Shown here: piece by piece, positions 1 to 4,569 of the stretch
Position numbering within the stretch: position 1 is the first letter of the stretch
How the letters are laid out: each line of letters opens with the position of its first letter
Origin: a virus
Taxonomy: Duplodnaviria; Heunggongvirae; Uroviricota; Caudoviricetes
DNA: 5,200 bases
Virus record (IMG/VR): IMGVR_UViG_3300000357_000284
Location: 1 to 5,200 of that record
Direction: 5' to 3' (one strand)
Position numbers and translations under genes: made by a program
The notes under the pieces: model-generated
The model's input: only the letters and a program-made list of their open reading frames with translations
Databases searched by the model: none
What the model was told of the DNA's origin: nothing

Positions 1-1248
1 ATGGCACTGAATATTCCATTCAGAAATGCGTACTATCGTTTTGCATCCAGTTACTCATTTCTCTTTTTTATTTCCTGGTCGCTGTGGTGGTCGTTATACG
101 CTATTTGGCTGAAAGGACATCTAGGATTAACAGGGACGGAATTAGGTACACTTTATTCGGTCAACCAGTTTACCAGCATTCTATTTATGATGTTCTACGG
201 CATCGTTCAGGATAAACTCGGTCTGAAGAAACCGCTCATCTGGTGTATGAGTTTCATTCTGGTCTTGACCGGACCGTTTATGATTTACGTTTATGAACCG
301 TTACTGCAAAGCAATTTTTCTGTAGGTCTAATTCTGGGGGCGCTCTTTTTTGGCCTGGGGTATCTGGCGGGATGCGGTTTGCTTGACAGCTTCACCGAAA
401 AAATGGCGCGAAATTTTCATTTCGAATATGGAACAGCGCGCGCCTGGGGATCTTTTGGCTATGCTATTGGCGCGTTCTTTGCCGGTATATTTTTTAGTAT
501 CAGTCCCCATATCAACTTCTGGTTGGTCTCGCTATTTGGCGCTGTATTTATGATGATCAACATGCGTTTTAAAGATAAGGATCACCAGTGCATAGCGGCG
601 GATGCGGGAGGGGTAAAAAAAGAGGATTTTATCGCAGTTTTCAAGGATCGAAACTTCTGGGTTTTCGTCATATTTATTGTGGGGACGTGGTCTTTCTATA
701 ACATTTTTGATCAACAACTCTTTCCTGTCTTTTATGCAGGTTTATTCGAATCACACGATGTAGGAACGCGCCTGTATGGTTATCTCAACTCATTCCAGGT
801 GGTACTCGAAGCGCTGTGCATGGCGATTATTCCTTTCTTTGTGAATCGGGTAGGGCCAAAAAATGCATTACTTATCGGTGTTGTGATTATGGCGTTGCGT
901 ATCCTTTCTTGCGCGCTGTTCGTTAACCCCTGGATTATTTCATTAGTGAAGCTGTTACATGCCATTGAGGTTCCACTTTGTGTCATATCCGTCTTCAAAT
1001 ACAGCGTGGCAAACTTTGATAAGCGCCTGTCGTCGACGATCTTTCTGATTGGTTTTCAAATTGCCAGTTCGCTTGGGATTGTGCTGCTTTCAACGCCGAC
1101 TGGGATACTCTTTGACCACGCAGGCTACCAGACAGTTTTCTTCGCAATTTCGGGTATTGTCTGCCTGATGTTGCTATTTGGCATTTTCTTCCTGAGTAAA
1201 AAACGCGAGCAAATAGTTATGGAAACGCCTGTACCTTCAGCAATATAG
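1..1248 (+). CDS. cscB: Sucrose:H+ symporter (MFS, LacY-type oligosaccharide/H+ symporter family), complete, 415 aa
   Basis: Full ORF from ATG 1-3 to TAG 1246-1248. Translation is strongly hydrophobic with about 12 membrane segments and LacY-family-like stretches (EYGTARAWGSFGY, FDQQLFPVF, GPKNALL, VFKY). N-terminus MALNIPFRNAYYRF and length match my recollection of E. coli CscB. The four ORFs in the track inside this span are out-of-frame or antisense artefacts. Confidence 0.9.
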   Translation: MALNIPFRNAYYRFASSYSFLFFISWSLWWSLYAIWLKGHLGLTGTELGTLYSVNQFTSILFMMFYGIVQDKLGLKKPLIWCMSFILVLTGPFMIYVYEPLLQSNFSVGLILGALFFGLGYLAGCGLLDSFTEKMARNFHFEYGTARAWGSFGYAIGAFFAGIFFSISPHINFWLVSLFGAVFMMINMRFKDKDHQCIAADAGGVKKEDFIAVFKDRNFWVFVIFIVGTWSFYNIFDQQLFPVFYAGLFESHDVGTRLYGYLNSFQVVLEALCMAIIPFFVNRVGPKNALLIGVVIMALRILSCALFVNPWIISLVKLLHAIEVPLCVISVFKYSVANFDKRLSSTIFLIGFQIASSLGIVLLSTPTGILFDHAGYQTVFFAISGIVCLMLLFGIFFLSKKREQIVMETPVPSAI

Positions 1249-1258
1249 ACGTAAACTT

Positions 1259-1300
1259 TTTCCGGTTGTTGTCGATATCTCCATATCCCTCAACCGGAAA
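1259..1300. repeat. Perfect 10-bp inverted repeat (TTTCCGGTTG ... CAACCGGAAA) with a 22-nt loop, 11 nt after the cscB stop; possible 3' stem-loop or protein-binding palindrome, not a canonical intrinsic terminator
   Basis: Arms at 1259-1268 and 1291-1300 are exact reverse complements. The flank is A-rich downstream and T-rich upstream on the + strand, so there is no U-tract after the stem on either strand. Confidence 0.4.
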
Positions 1301-1327
1301 ATAATAATACAAAAATGCTTAGCCCAA

Positions 1328-1564
1328 CTAATAATCACCTAATCCAAACGCCTCATTCATGTTCTGGTACAGTCGCTCAAATGTACTCCGGATACGCGGT
1401 TCGCTGATTTCCAGGACATTGTCGTCATTCAGCGACCTGTCCCGAGTATCACGGGCCTGCGAATTCATCAAGGAATGCATTGCAGAGTGAAGTATCGAGT
1501 CACGCCATATTTCGCTATCAGGATTCTGTATGATGGTTACATCGCCCAGCCCAGGGCTGTTTAG
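1328..1564 (-). pseudogene. 3'-terminal gene remnant: open frame of 78 codons ending ...ERLYQNMNEAFGLGDY, TAG at 1330-1328, no start codon or RBS at the 5' end; identity unknown
   Basis: Manual translation of the minus strand gives an uninterrupted frame from 1564 to 1331, bounded upstream by an in-frame TGA at 1567-1565. The first ATG is internal (1480-1478, giving only 50 aa) and has no Shine-Dalgarno. No tyrosine-recombinase motifs are visible. Confidence 0.3.
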
Positions 1565-1689
1565 TCATCAGCGCTTTCTGACAGTGCTGAGATTTCAACC
1601 TGTTGCAGTAAAAATGAGTAGATATAGGGCAAGTGTGCTGCCAAACCCATCTTTTACGGGGTGAAGGTAGATTTGGTTTGAAGGGTATC

Positions 1690-1704
1690 TGGTGTCCCCT
1701 GCAG
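1690..1704 (-). other. Prophage attachment-site core: 15-nt exact copy of the 3' end of tRNA-Arg argW (CTGCAGGGGACACCA on the minus strand), attR-type junction
   Basis: Minus-strand 1704-1690 reads CTGCAGGGGACACCA, identical to the acceptor 3' half plus CCA of argW as I remember it. The sequence diverges from the tRNA immediately upstream, so this is a partial copy and not a tRNA gene. An excisionase gene lies 74 bp away. Confidence 0.6.
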
Positions 1705-1761
1705 ACATCTACTTGACGCGGCAGGGGATTGATTGGAATGGTGTTTTTTAGATGTGAAAAA

Positions 1762-1783
1762 TATTTTACCCGCTATTTTACCC
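1762..1783. repeat. Tandem direct repeat TATTTTACCC x2 (1762-1771 and 1774-1783) overlapping the torI stop codon; candidate arm-type or excisionase binding sites
   Basis: Two exact 10-bp copies separated by 2 nt, 58-79 bp from the att core. A 7-bp inverted repeat ACATCTA/TAGATGT (1705-1711 and 1750-1756) lies in the same arm. Confidence 0.35.
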
Positions 1784-1978
1784 ATTGGCGCGGCTTAAGA
1801 GCTTATTTTTGAATTCACAATGGTCACGATATAACCATCTTGCTCGCCCGTGGATAACTTTGGCTTTTGGCAGGTCGCCGGACTTAATCCGGTCATAGAT
1901 GAAGGTTTTACCGAAGCCAGTATCGGCCATGATGAATTTCAAATCAACCAGTGAATCAGGTTGTAGTTCGTGTTGCAT
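1778..1978 (-). CDS. torI: AlpA/Xis-family winged-helix excisionase (recombination directionality factor), 66 aa; matches my recollection of TorI of the KplE1/CPS-53 prophage
   Basis: ATG 1978-1976 preceded by GGAG (1991-1988, 9-nt spacer); TAA at 1780-1778. The 66-aa product contains the AlpA-like core ADTGFGKTFIYDRIKSGDLPKAKVIHGRARWLYRD. It sits next to the argW-derived att core with no integrase nearby, which is the known KplE1 layout (int at attL, RDF at attR). Confidence 0.7.
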   Translation of the reverse strand: MQHELQPDSLVDLKFIMADTGFGKTFIYDRIKSGDLPKAKVIHGRARWLYRDHCEFKNKLLSRANG

Positions 1979-1983
1979 GAGTG

Positions 1984-2202
1984 CTATCTCCGAATAGGGA
2001 ATCGAACCTGCAAATCAGGCAATAAAAAACCGCCATCAGGCGGCTTGGTGTTTTTCAGTTCTTCAATTCGAATATTGGTTACGTCTGCATGTGCTATCTG
2101 CGCCCACAGCATCCAGTGGTCATAGCAGTCATTGATGTTCTCTGCTTCGATAACTCTGTTGAATGGCTCTCCATTCCATTCACCTGTAACTCGGAAGTGC
2201 AT
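1984..2202 (-). CDS. Doubtful 72-aa ORF (MHFRVTGEWNGEPFNRVIEAENINDCYDHW...), possibly a gene remnant; reads through the terminator hairpin and the tRNA-like block
   Basis: ATG 2202-2200 with GGAG at 2213-2210 (7-nt spacer), but the start lies inside the U-tail of an upstream terminator and the last ~25 codons are encoded by the 2030-2043 hairpin and the argW T-arm-like block. TAG at 1986-1984. Confidence 0.3.
   Translation of the reverse strand: MHFRVTGEWNGEPFNRVIEAENINDCYDHWMLWAQIAHADVTNIRIEELKNTKPPDGGFLLPDLQVRFPIRR
1998..2013 (-). other. 16-nt block identical to the argW T-arm region (TTGCAGGTTCGATTCC on the minus strand), separated from the 15-nt core by 293 bp that contain torI
   Basis: Minus-strand 2013-1998 reads TTGCAGGTTCGATTCC. 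In argW this sequence is directly followed by TGCAGGGGACACCA, but here it is followed by CTATTCGG, so no cloverleaf can form. It overlaps the torI RBS region. Confidence 0.4.
2024..2055 (-). terminator. Intrinsic terminator: GC hairpin CCGCC-ATCA-GGCGG (2030-2043) followed on the minus strand by TTTTTTATT; weaker in the + direction
   Basis: 5-bp GC stem with 4-nt loop; A-run 2024-2029 gives a U6 tract right after the stem on the minus transcript. On the + strand the T-run (2051-2055) is 7 nt from the stem. Confidence 0.55.
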
Positions 2203-2213
2203 TTATCATCTCC

Positions 2214-2240
2214 ATAAAACAAAACTCGCCGTAGCGAGTT
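2214..2240 (-). terminator. Intrinsic terminator: 7-bp stem AACTCGC / GCGAGTT (2223-2229 and 2234-2240) with 4-nt loop, followed on the minus strand by TTTTGTTTTAT
   Basis: Perfect 7-bp inverted repeat with tetraloop; T-rich tail on the minus strand (plus 2212-2222); about 70 nt downstream of the stop of the 2310-2570 gene. Confidence 0.5.
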
Positions 2241-2309
2241 CAGATAAAAGAAATCCCCGCGAGTGCGAGGATTGTTATTCACCTTTGACGGCAAGTTGCA
2301 GGTTAGCCA

Positions 2310-2570
2310 TTACCGCACCTCCAGTCTCCATACCGCCTGACCAATCCGGCTGGCATAGGTATCTTTGGATACTGCTCCGTCTTTAGCCAGCTCCATAAGA
2401 ATTTTGCGCAAATCTGCCGAACGCCATTCTTCATCAGGAAATTCCTTCTCCATTGCCAAGCGCAGATTCCAGGTTGCCATCCTGAATGGATATTCCCCGC
2501 CGAGAGCTTTATCTTGCAGGGCAGCCCGGGAACGCATCACCTGCAAAACCTTCTCTTTTACATCCATCAT
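2310..2570 (-). CDS. Hypothetical phage protein, about 86 aa (MMDVKEKVLQVMRSRAALQDKALGGEYPFRMATWNLRLAMEKEFPDEEWRSADLRKILMELAKDGAVSKDTYASRIGQAVWRLEVR)
   Basis: AGGAGG at 2580-2575 followed by ATGATG (2570-2565); the first ATG overlaps the TGA of the upstream gene (ATGA coupling). TAA at 2312-2310. The track ORF begins 18 codons earlier, inside the upstream gene, which I treat as an over-extension. Confidence 0.6.
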   Translation of the reverse strand: MMDVKEKVLQVMRSRAALQDKALGGEYPFRMATWNLRLAMEKEFPDEEWRSADLRKILMELAKDGAVSKDTYASRIGQAVWRLEVR

Positions 2571-3130
2571 TTCGCCTCCTGCGGCGGCTCTGGTAGCGGC
2601 ATCCAGTGGGTTACTCCATGCCATATACCAGTTAAGGTTTCAAACCTTGGCTCTCTGCCTTTCTGTGTCTTGGCATATTCATTCCTTGTATATACGCATT
2701 GTCTAACTGCATATCCATTCCATCCAATAACTGTTTGTCTAATTTCAGGCATTCGCTCACTACAGCTTATCCAACCATCCGGAGTTACCGGAGTTGGTCC
2801 ATCGAATTCTGGCATGTCAGGACCTTTTCTGATAGCTTTAGCCAGCTCCAGCGGGTCATCGTAAAGCCAGTCGCCAGTTTGTGGGTGATTTGCTTCTGCA
2901 AGCTGCGCAGCCCATTCAAGACCATCTTTTTGACCTTGGAGATAATCAAGCGGCAACTCTTCATGATTACTTGCAGGTTCTGCACTATCAGCTTCGCGCC
3001 GCTTCTGTAGCTCTGCTGCCATCGCTCTCACGACTTCAACTGGTGCCCTTGCAGCAAACTCTATGTTGGTGATCAGCTCATTAAGATATTGCTCGCTGGG
3101 ATACTGTTTCTTATTGGTAATAGTGGTCAT
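2567..3130 (-). CDS. Phage protein with C-terminal DUF551-like domain (GWISCSERMPE ... THWMPLPEPP), 187 aa
   Basis: ATG 3130-3128 overlaps the TGA (3129-3127) of the upstream gene. The C-terminal ~70 aa carry the W-I-S...LPE and HWMPLPEPP pattern I associate with DUF551 proteins of enterobacterial prophages. The N-terminal ~110 aa are acidic and unassigned. Confidence 0.75.
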   Translation of the reverse strand: MTTITNKKQYPSEQYLNELITNIEFAARAPVEVVRAMAAELQKRREADSAEPASNHEELPLDYLQGQKDGLEWAAQLAEANHPQTGDWLYDDPLELAKAIRKGPDMPEFDGPTPVTPDGWISCSERMPEIRQTVIGWNGYAVRQCVYTRNEYAKTQKGREPRFETLTGIWHGVTHWMPLPEPPQEAK

Positions 3131-3642
3131 GCCGCGTTTCCTTCTTTCTTATTAACAATTACACCGTCATATATTTCATTAAGGTGCCCTCTCAACTCCA
3201 TGCGCCTTAATGCAGATAACATGTAATCGCATTCAACCTGCTTATTTCCAGTAAATGGCTTATCGTCAGGATTACCCCAACAGCAATTACCCTTGGGCCA
3301 TCCATGTACTTTCCGTACTCTTCCGTTAACAACGTGAAGTAATCCCCAGCCGGGTGGTAAATCCTCAACTGAAATAATTCCCGGCTCACTAATAAAGAAT
3401 CGCCAGTCGCCCATTCCAAGAGACGGATTTTTACGAAAACGCTTTTTTCTATCTGCCAACAAGTCAGCACGAGAACATTTCGCCTCTATCAGGCATGATG
3501 CTGAATTTCTGAATCCCATAGCATCTGGCTGTTCTCCGGTACTGGTTACAGCTATAAAGCGGTCATGAAAACAAACCTTGAACTCGTTGCGCTTAAGGAA
3601 CTTATACGCAATCTGACAGAGTTCGCGGTGTGTTAACGCCAT
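3127..3642 (-). CDS. PD-(D/E)XK-fold nuclease-like protein, 171 aa from ATG 3642 (MALTHRELCQIAYKFLKRN...)
   Basis: Start ATG 3642-3640 is preceded by AAAGGAGAGTGAT. The track ORF starts 6 codons earlier and would translate through the RBS itself (MGKESD-MALT). Motif order fits the PD-(D/E)XK core: helix with E (HRELCQIAYKFLK), strand ending in PD (GEQPDAMGF), then E-x-K (CLIEAK). Family (VRR-NUC-like or MmcB-like) not resolved. Confidence 0.65.
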   Translation of the reverse strand: MALTHRELCQIAYKFLKRNEFKVCFHDRFIAVTSTGEQPDAMGFRNSASCLIEAKCSRADLLADRKKRFRKNPSLGMGDWRFFISEPGIISVEDLPPGWGLLHVVNGRVRKVHGWPKGNCCWGNPDDKPFTGNKQVECDYMLSALRRMELRGHLNEIYDGVIVNKKEGNAA

Positions 3643-3655
3643 ATCACTCTCCTTT
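3638..3655 (-). promoter_or_regulatory. Conserved translation-initiation module, copy 1 (minus strand AAAGGAGAGTGATATGGC), start of the nuclease-like gene
   Basis: 18-nt exact identity with copy 3 (4375-4392); contains SD GGAGAG, an in-module TGA and the ATG. Confidence 0.6.
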
Positions 3656-3678
3656 CCCATGTTGTCATGTGTTAGTCC

Positions 3679-3942
3679 TTATCCTGCTGTGCTTTCAACT
3701 GATGAGGGGAATAAAATCTTTTCATCAAATCCGGCATTCATATCATGGACAGCAACACACCAATCCATCGACGAACGATTATCAAGAGCCTCCATGATTT
3801 CATCCATGCGGCGCAGGTCATACAGGTAAATGTTTTTATCGCCAATGGTGTAAAAACCAATTTTTTTCGGTGATGGGCAGCGATCAAGAACTTCCTGTAA
3901 TTCGTTCAACCATGCCTGTTCTTTTTTTGTCAAAGTTGCCAT
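3679..3942 (-). CDS. Hypothetical small protein, 87 aa (MATLTKKEQAWLNELQEVLDRCPSPKKIGFYTIGDKNIYLYDLRRMDEIMEALDNRSSMDWCVAVHDMNAGFDEKILFPSSVESTAG)
   Basis: ATG 3942-3940 is 1 nt after the TGA (3946-3944) of the upstream gene and is preceded by AAGGAAAG. TAA at 3681-3679. The track ORF starts 30 codons further upstream without an RBS. Confidence 0.55.
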   Translation of the reverse strand: MATLTKKEQAWLNELQEVLDRCPSPKKIGFYTIGDKNIYLYDLRRMDEIMEALDNRSSMDWCVAVHDMNAGFDEKILFPSSVESTAG

Positions 3943-3943
3943 A

Positions 3944-4162
3944 TCAGCTTTCCTTATACGGATTAATTTTATTGTGCAGTGTGTTGAACGACGCCCATAC
4001 CACGTCGTTATACAATTCAATAACTGGCTCAATTACTTTTCCGATTATCCAGGCCAGTAATAGCGGGGATATCGGTATCATCAACACGATAAACAGAATG
4101 AGAAACAAAAATTCTATCGCTCTACTTTTTCGCGGATATTCTTTTCTGAATAATGTAGGCAC
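3944..4162 (-). CDS. Small single-pass membrane protein, 72 aa, GTG start (MPTLFRKEYPRKSRAIEFLFLILFIVLMIPISPLLLAWIIGKVIEPVIELYNDVVWASFNTLHNKINPYKES)
   Basis: GTG 4162-4160 preceded by AAAGGAGAGTGAT and 1 nt after the TGA (4166-4164) of the upstream gene. One 25-residue hydrophobic helix after a basic N-terminus (positive-inside). The ATG in another frame at 4164-4162 gives only 16 codons. Confidence 0.5.
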   Translation of the reverse strand: MPTLFRKEYPRKSRAIEFLFLILFIVLMIPISPLLLAWIIGKVIEPVIELYNDVVWASFNTLHNKINPYKES

Positions 4163-4175
4163 ATCACTCTCCTTT
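4160..4175 (-). promoter_or_regulatory. Conserved translation-initiation module, copy 2 (minus strand AAAGGAGAGTGATGTG), stop of the Cys-rich gene and GTG start of the membrane-protein gene
   Basis: 15 of 16 positions identical to copies 1 and 3; the single change converts ATG to GTG. Confidence 0.55.
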
Positions 4176-4379
4176 GTTGCTCCTCAAAATTTTATGCCCT
4201 GGCGCAAAAGCACGCGTTTTGTCGGCGCTTATTCGCCACCCATCTTTACGTGCCTCTTTTGCACAGCCAGCCCATGACGTACCGATATACTCACCGAAGT
4301 CTGGCACTGGATATACACCTTCCGTACACTGGCGGCAGTCACAATAGAGATGCATGGTGTAACTTGCGGCAATAGCCAT
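4164..4379 (-). CDS. Cys-rich small protein, 71 aa, putative zinc-binding (HLYCDCRQC ... GC); family unknown
   Basis: ATG 4379-4377 preceded by AAAGGAGAGTGAT and 1 nt after the TGA (4383-4381) of the upstream gene. C-x-C-x2-C cluster plus a fourth Cys 22 residues later. The track ORF starts 24 codons upstream, inside the preceding gene. Confidence 0.55.
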   Translation of the reverse strand: MAIAASYTMHLYCDCRQCTEGVYPVPDFGEYIGTSWAGCAKEARKDGWRISADKTRAFAPGHKILRSNKGE

Positions 4380-4392
4380 ATCACTCTCCTTT
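4375..4392 (-). promoter_or_regulatory. Conserved translation-initiation module, copy 3 (minus strand AAAGGAGAGTGATATGGC), stop of the basic-protein gene and start of the Cys-rich gene
   Basis: 18-nt exact identity with copy 1; the TGA inside the module is the real stop of the upstream gene here. Confidence 0.6.
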
Positions 4393-4569
4393 AGTACGCA
4401 AGTGGTTTTTCCAGCGGTTTTGCGCCGCGCTGGGCTTTTTGCAAAAACCACAATCCATCATCCCGTAATGTTTCATTAACCCCATCCGTCGGTTGCTGAG
4501 TCTCACCCACTGCCATACGCCTGGATCGTTTCTGCGAACTAACAGAATCTTTGCTTTACGGTTTTTCAT
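4381..4569 (-). CDS. Small basic protein, 62 aa (MKNRKAKILLVRRNDPGVWQWVRLSNRRMGLMKHYGMMDCGFCKKPSAAQNRWKNHLRTKGE)
   Basis: ATG 4569-4567 preceded by GGAGAG (7-nt spacer); overlaps the 3' end of the Ea22-like gene by 14 nt. The track start at 4662 is a TTG without RBS. Net charge is strongly positive, suggesting nucleic-acid binding. Confidence 0.45.
   Translation of the reverse strand: MKNRKAKILLVRRNDPGVWQWVRLSNRRMGLMKHYGMMDCGFCKKPSAAQNRWKNHLRTKGE

Noticed and set aside
328-998. Track ORFs 328-510 (-), 350-553 (+), 532-717 (-) and 780-998 (-) inside the sucrose permease gene
   Set aside because: All lie within the full-length, well-supported cscB frame; they are antisense or out-of-frame, have no RBS, and give low-complexity translations.
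1328-1564. Calling the gene remnant a truncated integrase
   Set aside because: Position next to the att core made this tempting, but the translation shows no tyrosine-recombinase R...HxxR...Y catalytic pattern and the gene points away from the core.
1690-2013. An intact tRNA gene (argW) in the window
   Set aside because: Only two non-contiguous fragments are present (15-nt 3' end and 16-nt T-arm block); no acceptor 5' half, D-arm or anticodon arm can be drawn.
2094-2294. Minus-strand ORF 2094-2294 (66 aa) overlapping the 72-aa ORF and both terminator regions
   Set aside because: Alternative frame with no RBS, spanning a terminator hairpin; translation has no plausible features.
2132-3072. 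Plus-strand ORFs 2132-2386, 2365-2706, 2514-2864, 2699-3010 and 2881-3072
   Set aside because: They are antisense to minus-strand genes that have Shine-Dalgarno sequences and stop/start coupling. Their translations are Ser/Cys/Leu-rich with no recognisable fold and no RBS.
2785-3470. Minus-strand ORFs 2785-2985 and 3207-3470 in alternative frames
   Set aside because: Fully nested in the DUF551 and nuclease-like genes in other frames; no independent start signals.
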